A DNA stretch of 64,000 nucleotides from Bdellovibrionales bacterium (GTDB taxonomy: Bacteria > Bdellovibrionota > Bdellovibrionia > Bdellovibrionales > JAKFYE01), in NCBI GenBank assembly GCA_965206675.1, contig CBDBKL010000006.1:75834-139833 (forward strand), in the 5' to 3' direction. The notes beneath the pieces were generated by a model. It did no database searches. It had not been told where the DNA came from and saw only the letters and a program-made list of their open reading frames with translations. Shown in pieces: positions 1 to 11,548 of this stretch. The translations under genes were made by a program, and so were the position numbers. Position 1 is the stretch's first letter, and every line of letters starts with the position of its first letter.

Positions 1-326
1 CTGTAAGTCCCATGACTCCCAATACACAACGACTAACATCTTTAACATATACTGGGTTTAGGCTCCTCCCCGTTCGCTCGCCGCTACTGGGGGAATCTCA
101 ATTGATTTCTTTTCCTAAGGGTACTTAGATGTTTCAGTTCCCCTCGTTCGCTTTATACAGCTATGAATTCACTGTACAATACCCGCAAGCGGGTGGGTTT
201 CCCCATTCGGACATTTCCGGATCAAAAAATATGTGCTTCTCCCCGAAACTTATCGCAGCTTATCACGTCCTTCATCGCTTCTTAGTGCCAAAGCATCCAT
301 CGTAAGCTCTTAGTAGCTTAAAACCG
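1..326 (-). rRNA. rrl: 23S rRNA, 5' portion only (gene runs off the window start)
   Basis: Reverse complement carries conserved 23S 5'-domain strings (GATGGATGCTTTGGCACTAAG, GCGATGAAGGACGTG, GGGGAACTGAAACATCTAAGTAC, CCCAGTAGCGGCGAGCGAACGGGGAG). Same strand and order as 16S and tRNA-Ile. The 5' end near 326 was placed by eye. Confidence 0.9.
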
Positions 327-418
327 CTTAAATCCTCACTAAAAATAAAATTACTAAATCAATTCTATTCAATTTTCAAAGAGCCAAGAGAGAAACATTA
401 AAGCCTATAACTAAAAGT

Positions 419-495
<77 letters not shown>

Positions 496-639
496 TCGCT
501 CTCTCAAAACTAAATAGCTAGAAATGTTTTTGGGTAATGACCTAGGAAAACTATAAAGACAACTTTGTCCTTAGACATCATCGTTATCTTTATAAAATCT
601 CGTCACGAATAAACACCTTCATGACAAAATACAATCCTT

Positions 640-2151
<1,512 letters not shown>

Positions 2152-2621
2152 AAACGAAGAATTCAAAATTCTTTAAAATTCAAAAATAAAACCGAAAAAA
2201 TTTCGGTGGACCCAAAAACATTCTGTTTCTAGCTATTCAGTTTTCAAAGAGCGAAAAAGGCCCAACTGTGCGGCCCCTTTTTACAAAGCCGATACACTCT
2301 AACACTGACCCTAACTGGGTTAAATCAGAAGCTTTCACAGCAAGCACTTTACACGAAACCCATTAGCTACAAGAACATAGCCTCACAGACCTCCACGCAG
2401 TTCTAAGGAAAAAGGGTAGAGTTGTCCAACAAAATCCTCCATGCCGCACCTACCCAAAATGTCCTGATTTAGAAAACATGGAAACTTTGCTCCGATATCA
2501 ACGGTTCACAATAATTAAGCAAGAAAATTTTATTTTGCAGCATACGTTGAATATCTCCTCGGCGCATATTAGGAAGTAGTGGAAGGCATCCAGAAAAAGG
2601 TTAAAGGGGGGAGACCTTTAC

Positions 2622-4427
2622 ATGTCCAAATCACCTATTGCATCTCCTTCATCGCCTCTTATATGGATTATTAAGGGAATTCAACGACGGCTCCTTCCCT
2701 CTAAGAAATTTATTCCTGTATCTCAAAATTGGACTAAAAACACACTTTATAAAGTCAATAACTCAAACTCCTTAAAGGCCTTTACCCTGTGCCTTCTTAT
2801 TCTCTGTTTTACTGCCCACTCTCCCATGTCTTATGGACAAAAATCTTCTCCATCGCCTTCTTCCGACCCCACAGAAACCGCAACATCTGAAGACGCCGAT
2901 TTAGAACGTTTAACTGATCCTAAATTCTTAAGAGAAAAAAAGAGAATACAACAAGAGTTCTTTGAAGCCGCTGAAGCCGCTCTTACAACAGAATTAACAC
3001 AAGTTGTAGAAGATCTTAAAGAGTTTCTTCCAAGAGCTATTGAACATTTAAATGAAAAAGTATCCACCCATGGAAGAGATCAAGTTTTAGAGTGGGCCAC
3101 AGAGTATGCCAATGAAAATGTTGAACACAAACGTCTTACTCTTGGACTTGTGGGTGAATCTAAAATCAATGCAATCTCTACAGAAGATAAAAAGTCAGAA
3201 ATTCTTGTACAGTATGAAAAATCTCTTATTCTAAAGCTAACACTTCATTCAGCACCTCACTTAGCCTTCCTTGTCTATGATCCCAGAGAAATTAGTGCTG
3301 AAACAAACCCTCATCTTCAAAGGTATATTGCACGCATTCACACTGAGAGAAAACAAGCTGTTATTCTTTTAGGAATAAGAGATGGAGAATTAGCTATCGC
3401 CTCTGGGGAAACTGTACCTTCTCTTAAAGTTTTGAGCGACATGGGAAGGTGGTGGAAACAAAGGTGGAAAGCTGTATGGAGACCTCCTACATGGAATGAT
3501 CTTTCACTCGGAGTTATAGCAGGTACAGCAAACGCTGTCTCAGCGGGTATAGCCATTCATCTTCAATCCCTTCTCAACCAAACAACTTCGATGGAGGGAC
3601 CACAAACTGATCCCAAAGTGATGGGTCTTTCATTCGCCTTTGCTTTATTTTTTGGATATTTTAATAACACATATCTTGAATGGACAACAAAGGGCCACGT
3701 CGTTGCTCAATATCTTAAAAACTACACCAGCACACTTCCCTACAATCTCTTGGCTTTAACATTTGTCGATGGCGCATCTATTAATCCGCTCACACCAGAG
3801 GGACGTGTAGGTTGGGCCACTGCCATTGGGGTAGGCGTTTTATCAAATATTCTAAAAGTCCCAATGAACAAGGCATGGCGAATTCGTAATCATAAACGTG
3901 TTAACACCGGAAAGTATTCTATACCCATTCCCTTTACCAATAAACGTATTGGCATACTACCTAAATCCAGAACTGAGATGCAAATTTTCCGTCAAATATT
4001 TGAAGTTCCAAAGTTATTAGCCTTACTGGGATTTGGCGTTTACTCAGTACAATTTTTAAACGCAACAATTGATGGAGGAGATGTTTTATTTTTAGCATCA
4101 GGTCTTGCATGGTACCGCTACGCTCTTCATCAGGCAGAAAAATACGACCATCGAGAGCAAGTACAACTCAGACGTATATGGAATAATATAACTGCTCCCA
4201 TCAAAGATAGTCTTGGCGTACTTAGGGAATTCGTAACTAAAGGGCCTCAGGCAGGAGCCACTCGCGCATGGTTAGCGGCAGAACATATTGATACTGAAAT
4301 TACAATTCCCGCCATTAATAGAGTAAAAAACATCTGCCAAATAGCATTTGGAAAAAAACCAAAGCCTTCACAACGACTTTCCAAAGAAGACATAAATAAC
4401 ATCCTCTCCAAACTCACACCTTTATAA
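2622..4427 (+). CDS. Hypothetical multi-pass membrane protein, paralog 1 of 2
   Basis: 601-aa ORF, about two-thirds identical by eye to the 7062..8852 product. Shared blocks include AIEHL.EKVST.GR, SAPHLAFLVYDPRE, VLSDMGRWW.QRWKAVW and NLLALTFVDG.SINPLTPEGR.GWATAIGVGVL. Has a hydrophobic N-terminal segment and several C-terminal hydrophobic helices. No family recognised; the true start may be internal. Confidence 0.75.
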   Translation: MSKSPIASPSSPLIWIIKGIQRRLLPSKKFIPVSQNWTKNTLYKVNNSNSLKAFTLCLLILCFTAHSPMSYGQKSSPSPSSDPTETATSEDADLERLTDPKFLREKKRIQQEFFEAAEAALTTELTQVVEDLKEFLPRAIEHLNEKVSTHGRDQVLEWATEYANENVEHKRLTLGLVGESKINAISTEDKKSEILVQYEKSLILKLTLHSAPHLAFLVYDPREISAETNPHLQRYIARIHTERKQAVILLGIRDGELAIASGETVPSLKVLSDMGRWWKQRWKAVWRPPTWNDLSLGVIAGTANAVSAGIAIHLQSLLNQTTSMEGPQTDPKVMGLSFAFALFFGYFNNTYLEWTTKGHVVAQYLKNYTSTLPYNLLALTFVDGASINPLTPEGRVGWATAIGVGVLSNILKVPMNKAWRIRNHKRVNTGKYSIPIPFTNKRIGILPKSRTEMQIFRQIFEVPKLLALLGFGVYSVQFLNATIDGGDVLFLASGLAWYRYALHQAEKYDHREQVQLRRIWNNITAPIKDSLGVLREFVTKGPQAGATRAWLAAEHIDTEITIPAINRVKNICQIAFGKKPKPSQRLSKEDINNILSKLTPL

Positions 4428-4613
4428 CTTATTTTAAAAATGCAGATTGATTCTCTTCTAAAGGATAAAAACTTCTAGACAGTTTTATACTTTTTACTAG
4501 GTTAAATGAAAATCCTACCCCCCCCCTCATAAGTGCTATTCTCTATGCTTAGCAAAAGAAATTTTGAAAAGTGTATAATTTAATCACATTCATCCAGAAA
4601 GGATATATTTATT

Positions 4614-5831
4614 ATGAGCCTACCACGAATTGTAAACTTCAAAAAATATCTAATATTAACCTTCTTAGTTTTAATGAGCTCAACTGGATATTCTAAATCT
4701 ATTGAAAAAGTTTTAGTTTTAGAAGGACAAAATTTTAATACCGCTATTCATGTAGGAATTTTCGATGGCTTTGTACAGAATGGATGGGTCCCAGAGGTTG
4801 TCGTTGCCAGTTGTGGTGGGGCTATTGCAGCCGCTCTCATCAATGCCATTCCAGGTGTGGAAGAAAGAAAAGCTTTCTTACTATCAGAGGGCTTTTTTAA
4901 TCTTTTGCAATCTGTAAAATACCGTGATCCTAAAATATTTAGCAATTTAGGTAATCTAATAAATAAGACAATCGCTATGACAGACAGACGATCTAATATG
5001 CAAAAAGGTTACAGATCACCCCCCCCCATATTTAGCGGTTATTTGTTAGAAGTTCCAAATCATTTTAACATAGAACCTTTCAATCAAAGTTTTAATCCAT
5101 TAGGTACACGCATTGTTATTATTGGTTCAAAATTAAATTTTGGGCCACAAGATGTTGGAAAAAGAGTAACACATGAAAAATTGTATCAAGAAGTTTTCTT
5201 TACCGATACTGAAACGGCTAACCTACTCAGAAATGCAATATCGCCTGTTGCCATTTCTTTTCCAAATAGTGCTGTTTCTCTGAAAACCCAAGTTATTACC
5301 GATCAATCACTTGGAGTAGCCTCAAGAGTTTCTATCACTGATCCTTATTTAATAAACCCTGCCCAAATAGGGGACACATATTTCTTAGGAGGAAGTATTG
5401 ATTTATATCCACTGGAAATAGGTTATAGGTTAGGTGATAACGTCGCAATGGTCTACCCAGGTCCTCAAGATTTCCTGGGACAATCCGCTTTAGGTTCTAG
5501 TTTTGGTTTCGATAACAATGCTCAATTACGTAAAGTAACAGGTATGTATGCAGATCATTGGATTGATTTTTCAAATTTTGAAAGTTTGGGGGAACATCAT
5601 TTTAGTGTTGTTGGAATGAATGTTATGGAAAACAAAATGAAGTTCAATTTACCGCAAGACTTTGAGACCTTTAAAAGAAATATACAAGCTCAATGGGAAT
5701 TTGGATATGCCAGGGCCGTAGAGGCACTACAACAGCCGCTCAACTCTAAACATCACATAAGAGGTATAAATCGAAAAAATACCTCACAAAGAGTCTATAA
5801 CGAAATTATACAAGCGCGAGATCTACAGTGA
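4614..5831 (+). CDS. Secreted patatin-like-fold protein with degenerate catalytic motifs (putative)
   Basis: 405-aa ORF with an N-terminal signal-like segment. The N-terminal region LVLEGQNFNTAIHVGIFDGFVQNGWVPEVVVASCGGAIAAALINA aligns by eye to the patatin GGGxRG...GxSxG block but reads EGQNFNT and ASCGG. A later LGG sits where DGG is expected. Assignment rests on a motif alignment made from memory. Confidence 0.4.
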   Translation: MSLPRIVNFKKYLILTFLVLMSSTGYSKSIEKVLVLEGQNFNTAIHVGIFDGFVQNGWVPEVVVASCGGAIAAALINAIPGVEERKAFLLSEGFFNLLQSVKYRDPKIFSNLGNLINKTIAMTDRRSNMQKGYRSPPPIFSGYLLEVPNHFNIEPFNQSFNPLGTRIVIIGSKLNFGPQDVGKRVTHEKLYQEVFFTDTETANLLRNAISPVAISFPNSAVSLKTQVITDQSLGVASRVSITDPYLINPAQIGDTYFLGGSIDLYPLEIGYRLGDNVAMVYPGPQDFLGQSALGSSFGFDNNAQLRKVTGMYADHWIDFSNFESLGEHHFSVVGMNVMENKMKFNLPQDFETFKRNIQAQWEFGYARAVEALQQPLNSKHHIRGINRKNTSQRVYNEIIQARDLQ

Positions 5832-5845
5832 GTAGCGGATATTTT

Positions 5846-6502
5846 CTATTGTAATTCTGTCATCTCTAAAATAGAGATAACAGAATCTTGTTTAAACTCC
5901 CTTGCCACGTCTAAAGCTGTTCTTCCCTTTTTATCTTCTACATTCACTTTAACCCCAGCACCTATAAGAACACGCACAAGTTCACCTCGATCCCACCGTG
6001 CAGCTATATGTAAAGCTGTCCAACCTTTATCATTTGTCGCCATTATATCAACTCCAGCATCTATAAAAGTACGTACCATTCTATCATGACCTAGCATCAC
6101 AACTTGCAAAAAAATTATCCCTCCATTTTTATCAACTCCAGTATCTAAAAGAACACGCAAAACCTCACTCCCACCATGCCCTGCTGCAAATAACAAAGCC
6201 TTATATTCACGATCATATTCCTCTGCAGTTATATCAAAGCCGTCTCTTATGAAATTGTTTCTTATAAACCTTCTTACAGACCCAACATCGTTATCCATCA
6301 CAGCTCTAAAAAAACCCTCTGGCCAAGAGTCTCCCCGAAGAGCTGACAAAAGATGGTCTGCTGAGACCTCCTCTGTACCAACTGCTGCAGGATCTCTATC
6401 AGTTAAAGAGGACTTAGAAGCTATCGAACACGACAAACTCAATAGCAAAATACATAAAGACAAAATATAAGTTAACATTTTCATATCTCTCCCCTTTTTC
6501 AA
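5846..6502 (-). CDS. Ankyrin-repeat protein with N-terminal signal peptide
   Basis: 218 aa. Hydrophobic leader MLTYILSLCILLLSLSC. ANK repeats such as FIDAGVDIMATNDKGWTALHIAARWDRGELVRVLIGAGVKVNVEDKKGRTALDVA. Confidence 0.85.
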   Translation of the reverse strand: MKKGRDMKMLTYILSLCILLLSLSCSIASKSSLTDRDPAAVGTEEVSADHLLSALRGDSWPEGFFRAVMDNDVGSVRRFIRNNFIRDGFDITAEEYDREYKALLFAAGHGGSEVLRVLLDTGVDKNGGIIFLQVVMLGHDRMVRTFIDAGVDIMATNDKGWTALHIAARWDRGELVRVLIGAGVKVNVEDKKGRTALDVAREFKQDSVISILEMTELQ

Positions 6503-7061
6503 TCTTTAGTATTTTTATTAGATATCATTGGTCTAACCTATATTGAAAGCTTTTTACTTAACACATAAGATCACTTTCGATTTTCAATGTCAGTAAGCAA
6601 GAGGAAAGCCCTATAGAAGTTGATTTGGAAATAGCTATGTTTATTTGAACGTCTTTTTCTTAAGCGCAAACCCCTACCCTAAATAAGACAAATACTTTTT
6701 GCAAACTTTATCTCTATCCTCACTAAAAATTACAAAATATGTTTTAATTTTATGACTTTTCCATCAAACGCCATATAAGTAAATTCCCTTTTGAAAACAA
6801 AAAGATAGACAGAGTAACCCACGAATACAGTTTAAAACCTTACAAGAGTTCGAAAGAATAAAAATAGCCATTGACCCCGATACAGCCTTAAAGTAGAAAA
6901 GCCGAAATCAGGAATGAGTCAGTTCACTCACTCCTAAAAAGCAAATGCAATATATACCACCATAACAGCCAGTAAAAAAGGGGTTGTTAATTAAGGGGTA
7001 ACCATAACAATTGAAAAGCATTTGTTTAAAGAGGATGAACGAAACTTAAAGGATAAGGGTA

Positions 7062-8852
7062 GTGTTTAAATCATCCATCTACAGGAACAGGTTTATCTTC
7101 ACACCGCTAATATATTGTCTCGTTCTCTGTTTTATTTTTCATCCCCCGATATCTTATGCCGTACCACCAGAACAAAATACACAATCTTCTAATACTCAAA
7201 AAAACACCGATATAGAACTTTCTCCTGAAGCTAATGCCGAAGAACTCCCAAATACAGATGAGCGCATAGACGATCCCGAAGTTGTAAAAGAAAGAATCAG
7301 AGTACAAGAAGAGTTATTTAAAACTTCCGAAGCCTCTTTAACAAATGAATTACAACCCATCGTAGAAGATCTTAGAACCTTTCTTCCAGTAGCTATTGAG
7401 CACTTAAGTGAAAAAGTGTCCACCTATGGTAGAGAAGAGGTTTTAGAATGGGCTAAGGGTTATACTGAACATAAACGTCTTACATTCGGCGAAGTCGGAG
7501 AATCCAAAATCAATTGGGTCTCTACAGAAGATAAAAAAGCAGAAATTCCTGCTCCACATAACGAAGCTTTTATTTTAAGATTAACTCTTTACTCTGCTCC
7601 TCACTTAGCCTTTCTTGTTTATGATCCTAGAGAAGTCAGTCCGGAAACCAATCCTCACCTTCAAAAGTATATTGCACGTATTCATACTGAAAGAAAACAA
7701 TCTGTTATTCTCTTAGGGGTAAGAGATGGGCAGTTGGTTGAAGCCTCTGGAGAAGCTACACCTCCTCTTAGAGTTTTAAGCGACATGGGAAGATGGTGGG
7801 GACAAAGGTGGAAGGCTGTATGGGTTCCTCCCAATATAAACGATAGCTCATTAGCGGTTGCAACTTCAATAGCTAATACAGCTTCAACAGGTATAGCTAT
7901 TGGAGCACAATATCTTACCAGTCAAATGACTCAACAATTTCAAGATAACCCCCAATCCATAGTAATGGGTGATTTGCTAAACGAACCTATCCTTCTGAAT
8001 ATTATGTCCGTTGGTGGACCTTATATTGATCCTAAAGTAATGGGTCTTTCATTTGGCTATACCTTACTATTGGGAATTTTTATTAACACCTACCTTAAAT
8101 GGGTAACTAAAGGTCCTTCCATTGCTCAATATTTTAAAAATTATACGAGCACACTTCCTTTCAATCTCTTGGCTCTAACATTTGTCGATGGCGTATCCAT
8201 TAACCCACTCACACCAGAAGGACGTATAGGTTGGGCTACCGCAATTGGAGTAGGAGTTTTGGCAAATATGGTAAAGGTCCCTATGAATAAAACCTGGCGA
8301 ATACTTAGTAACAAACGTGTTTTAACAGGAAATTATTCTATCCCCATTCCTTTTAGTGACAGAAGCATTGACATCTCCAAATCTCGAACTCATTACCAAA
8401 TATTCTATCGACAAATTTTTGAAATCCCCAAATTACTAGCCCTACTGGGCTTAAGTGTTTTCTCAATAGAGTATGTCAATGCAATGATTGATGCGGGAGA
8501 CGTCTTACTTTTAGCTTCACTTGTCAGTTGGTATCGCTATGCTCTTTATCAGGCAGAAAAACACAACCATCGGTCTCAAGTACAACTTAGACGCACATGG
8601 AATGCTATGGTTTTTCCCATCAGAGAAAGCCTCGGTATACTGAAAGACACTCTTACAAAAGGACCTCGGGCAGGAGTGGATCGTTCACGATTAGCCGTCG
8701 AGTATATGAACTCTGAAATTGCAGCACCCATAGCTGGTAAAGTCAAAAATGTTTGCCAAGTGGCCTTTGGAAAAAAATCAAAATCTCCACAGCAAAAACA
8801 GCTCTCCAGAGAAGATATTGATAACATTCTCTCCCAAATCACCCCTTTATAA
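7062..8852 (+). CDS. Hypothetical multi-pass membrane protein, paralog 2 of 2
   Basis: 596-aa ORF (GTG start in the track). Collinear with and highly similar to the 2622..4427 product, including the C-terminal tail LSREDIDNILSQITPL versus LSKEDINNILSKLTPL. Confidence 0.75.
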   Translation: MFKSSIYRNRFIFTPLIYCLVLCFIFHPPISYAVPPEQNTQSSNTQKNTDIELSPEANAEELPNTDERIDDPEVVKERIRVQEELFKTSEASLTNELQPIVEDLRTFLPVAIEHLSEKVSTYGREEVLEWAKGYTEHKRLTFGEVGESKINWVSTEDKKAEIPAPHNEAFILRLTLYSAPHLAFLVYDPREVSPETNPHLQKYIARIHTERKQSVILLGVRDGQLVEASGEATPPLRVLSDMGRWWGQRWKAVWVPPNINDSSLAVATSIANTASTGIAIGAQYLTSQMTQQFQDNPQSIVMGDLLNEPILLNIMSVGGPYIDPKVMGLSFGYTLLLGIFINTYLKWVTKGPSIAQYFKNYTSTLPFNLLALTFVDGVSINPLTPEGRIGWATAIGVGVLANMVKVPMNKTWRILSNKRVLTGNYSIPIPFSDRSIDISKSRTHYQIFYRQIFEIPKLLALLGLSVFSIEYVNAMIDAGDVLLLASLVSWYRYALYQAEKHNHRSQVQLRRTWNAMVFPIRESLGILKDTLTKGPRAGVDRSRLAVEYMNSEIAAPIAGKVKNVCQVAFGKKSKSPQQKQLSREDIDNILSQITPL

Positions 8853-8870
8853 AAAACTGACCTATAAATT

Positions 8871-11369
8871 TTATTGATTCTCTGGTTGTGGAGGTTCTTT
8901 TGTTGTTTCCACAACATTGGAAACAAAATCTTGTAATGTAAAACTATCCACCTGTATGGCTTCCCATCTGACCTGTGCACTTAATTTTAAATGATCGCAC
9001 TCTTCTTGGTTAATAATACCTTTGGTAAGAGCTTCATCTGCAACATCCACAAGTCTTTTAACTTTCGGTAATTTTTTGGCTCGAATAGCGTGTTTGACTT
9101 TTCTTTCTGCCCCTTCTGAGGCTTTAATAATTTTAAACGCATTTTCTAAACGACCCATTCCATCTTCGTCTTTATCTTTAGGAATAAAAACACCCTGTGT
9201 GAGTCGGTCTCTTTGCTCACTATCTGTTAGCATAATGTCAGCCACTTGAGAACTCAGTTCATCTGATACACCACTTGATAAGAATGTATTCACCGCACTC
9301 CAAGAGCGTATGACTCTCGCAAAGAACCAAGATAGTCCGGGAACTCTAAGGTTAGAATATATACCATCAAAAGCTCTTTCGATTTCTCTAAATCCATTTC
9401 TACAGACGTAGTGTACAAGTGGAAGATCTTCCTTTTGTTTCCCTTGGGCTTTCCAATGTCGAAGTGTAGCTGTAATCATATATAGCCAGGACATAATGTC
9501 TGCAAACCGTCCGGTGATTTTTTCTTTCTTTTTAAGTGCCCCTCCTAAAGAGCCCATGGCTATATCTGCCATGATGGCAAAGGACGCTGAAGCCCAGGCT
9601 ATCTTTTGAGAGTACCGTCTAACGGGACCGCCCAAACCTGTATCTGCAAGATAACCACGAGAAAGACTCAGTACGATGGCTCTAAAAAAGTTTTGCACAA
9701 TATGACCCATATGACCCCAAAAAGCCTTATCAAAACTTTTCAAATCATCCCTTTCTACAGACTTGATAACTTGAAAAGCATAGGGGTGAGCGCGCAAAGC
9801 TCCCTGTCCAAAAATCATAAGCGTCCGCGTGAGTATATTTGCCCCTTCCACTGTGACAGCTATGGGTACACTCATATAATGATCAGAAATAATATTCCTG
9901 GGTCCTCTAGATATTCCGGCTCCTCCGAGAACATCCATAGCATCATTTACAATAACACGACTTAACTCTGTAGCATTATACTTTGTTATAGCTGTCACCA
10001 CTGGGGGTTTGATACCTTGATTTAAAGCACCGCAAGTGTATAGCCTCATAGCTTCAATGAGGTATGTCCATCCACCGACTCGAGCTAAGGCTTCCTCTAC
10101 ACCTTCAAACCGACCGATAGCTACACCAAATTGTTTCCGAATAGAGGCGTGAGCACTTACTCCTCGAGTGATAATCTTTGCACCCCCTGCGCTCTGTGCT
10201 GGTAAAGAAATTCCTCGTCCAGCCGCTAGGCTATCCATTAACATCTTCCAACCTTTTCCAGCGTTGGGTAATCCACCAATAATAACATCTTCTGCACTGA
10301 GAACGACATCATGCCCATGTGTGGGACAATTATAAAAAGGAACTCCCATAGGATCATGACGTCTTCCAAGCACGACACCTTTTGAGTTTGAGGGAATAAG
10401 ACCGCAGGTGATTCCTAAATCTTCTCCCTTACCAAGTAGATTATCTGGATCTTTTAAACGAAAGGCTAAACCAATAACTGTAGATAGAGCGGCTAGAGTA
10501 ATCCAACGTTTATTCCAGTTGAGACGTATTTTTATGACTCCATCAGAATCTTTAAATAAAACTCCTGATGATGTAATAGAGCTGGCATCACTTCCAGCCT
10601 GTGGCTCCGTTAATCCAAAGCAGGGAATTTCTTCTCCAGAAGCCAATTTCGGTAACCATCTATTTTTCTGCTCTTCTGTACCATAATGCATAAGTAATTC
10701 TGCCGGCCCTAAGGAGTTGGGCACCATGACAGTAATACACACAGGGGCAGAACGAGATACAATTTTCATAATGACTTCACTATGTGCTAGAGGGGAAAAT
10801 TCCAAGCCGCCATATTTTTTAGGAATACCTAGGCCGAAAAACTTTTCTCGTCTTATAATTTTCCAAATATGTTCTGGAATTTCTTTTTCTTTCCAAATTT
10901 GCCAATCATTGGTGGCCTGACAAAGTTCTTCAACAGGTCCATCCAAAAAGGCTTGTTCTTCTTCTGTCAATTTAGGGTAAGGCTCATTCATTAACTTGTT
11001 CACATTTGGATGCCCCGAGAACAACTCACCTTCTGCCCAGACAACACCAGCCTCTAAGGCCACACGTTCTGTTTCAGAAATGGGCGGAAGAACATTTCTA
11101 ACGATTTTCATAACGACTGAGGAGATCAAAAATCGTCGCAAAAAAGTTAGATTAGCAAGAAGCCCAATACCTATGAATAGACCAAGTAACCAAAGAGGAG
11201 CATCAAAGCCTACAAGCACAATGGCTGTAAAGAGAGTCCAAACAAAAACTGGAACCCCTCTAAAACCCAACAAAACATAGATAAGGACTGTGCCAGTGAT
11301 ATTCCAATAGAAATACTCATTAAAGAAAAATCCCAAGATTCTTTCTTCCACGTGATTTCCTCCCCACAA
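8871..11369 (-). CDS. fadE: Long-form acyl-CoA dehydrogenase (FadE type)
   Basis: 832 aa, with N-terminal transmembrane helices followed by blocks I recognise from E. coli FadE: EEQAFLDGPVEE, VPNSLGPAELLMHYGTEEQK, EIPCFGLTEPQAGSDA, ITVEGANILTR and DLPLVHY. Confidence 0.9.
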   Translation of the reverse strand: MWGGNHVEERILGFFFNEYFYWNITGTVLIYVLLGFRGVPVFVWTLFTAIVLVGFDAPLWLLGLFIGIGLLANLTFLRRFLISSVVMKIVRNVLPPISETERVALEAGVVWAEGELFSGHPNVNKLMNEPYPKLTEEEQAFLDGPVEELCQATNDWQIWKEKEIPEHIWKIIRREKFFGLGIPKKYGGLEFSPLAHSEVIMKIVSRSAPVCITVMVPNSLGPAELLMHYGTEEQKNRWLPKLASGEEIPCFGLTEPQAGSDASSITSSGVLFKDSDGVIKIRLNWNKRWITLAALSTVIGLAFRLKDPDNLLGKGEDLGITCGLIPSNSKGVVLGRRHDPMGVPFYNCPTHGHDVVLSAEDVIIGGLPNAGKGWKMLMDSLAAGRGISLPAQSAGGAKIITRGVSAHASIRKQFGVAIGRFEGVEEALARVGGWTYLIEAMRLYTCGALNQGIKPPVVTAITKYNATELSRVIVNDAMDVLGGAGISRGPRNIISDHYMSVPIAVTVEGANILTRTLMIFGQGALRAHPYAFQVIKSVERDDLKSFDKAFWGHMGHIVQNFFRAIVLSLSRGYLADTGLGGPVRRYSQKIAWASASFAIMADIAMGSLGGALKKKEKITGRFADIMSWLYMITATLRHWKAQGKQKEDLPLVHYVCRNGFREIERAFDGIYSNLRVPGLSWFFARVIRSWSAVNTFLSSGVSDELSSQVADIMLTDSEQRDRLTQGVFIPKDKDEDGMGRLENAFKIIKASEGAERKVKHAIRAKKLPKVKRLVDVADEALTKGIINQEECDHLKLSAQVRWEAIQVDSFTLQDFVSNVVETTKEPPQPENQ

Positions 11370-11548
11370 AATATATTTACTTAAAACCTTCTTACTTTGT
11401 CTAGTATTAGAACAACGAGTAGAAAAATATAGTTTCTATCTAGAGGATATCATAAATTCCATGAGTTTATAAAACATTAACTTTCACTTGTATAGAAATA
11501 GGCGGTAGGAAAAATTTTTCTCAGACCTGAGCCTCTTAAAGCTCACTC

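Noticed and set aside
9022-11280. Five + strand ORFs (9022, 9606, 10408, 10717, 10996) opposite fadE, and similar antisense ORFs inside other long genes (for example 13368, 13755, 20403, 21063, 27368, 29420-30500, 32958, 33823, 40288, 40761, 43582-44441, 46317, 57922, 59612, 60247)
   Set aside because: These are shadow ORFs on the opposite strand or in an alternate frame of genes with strong family signatures. They have low-complexity or odd composition and no motifs.
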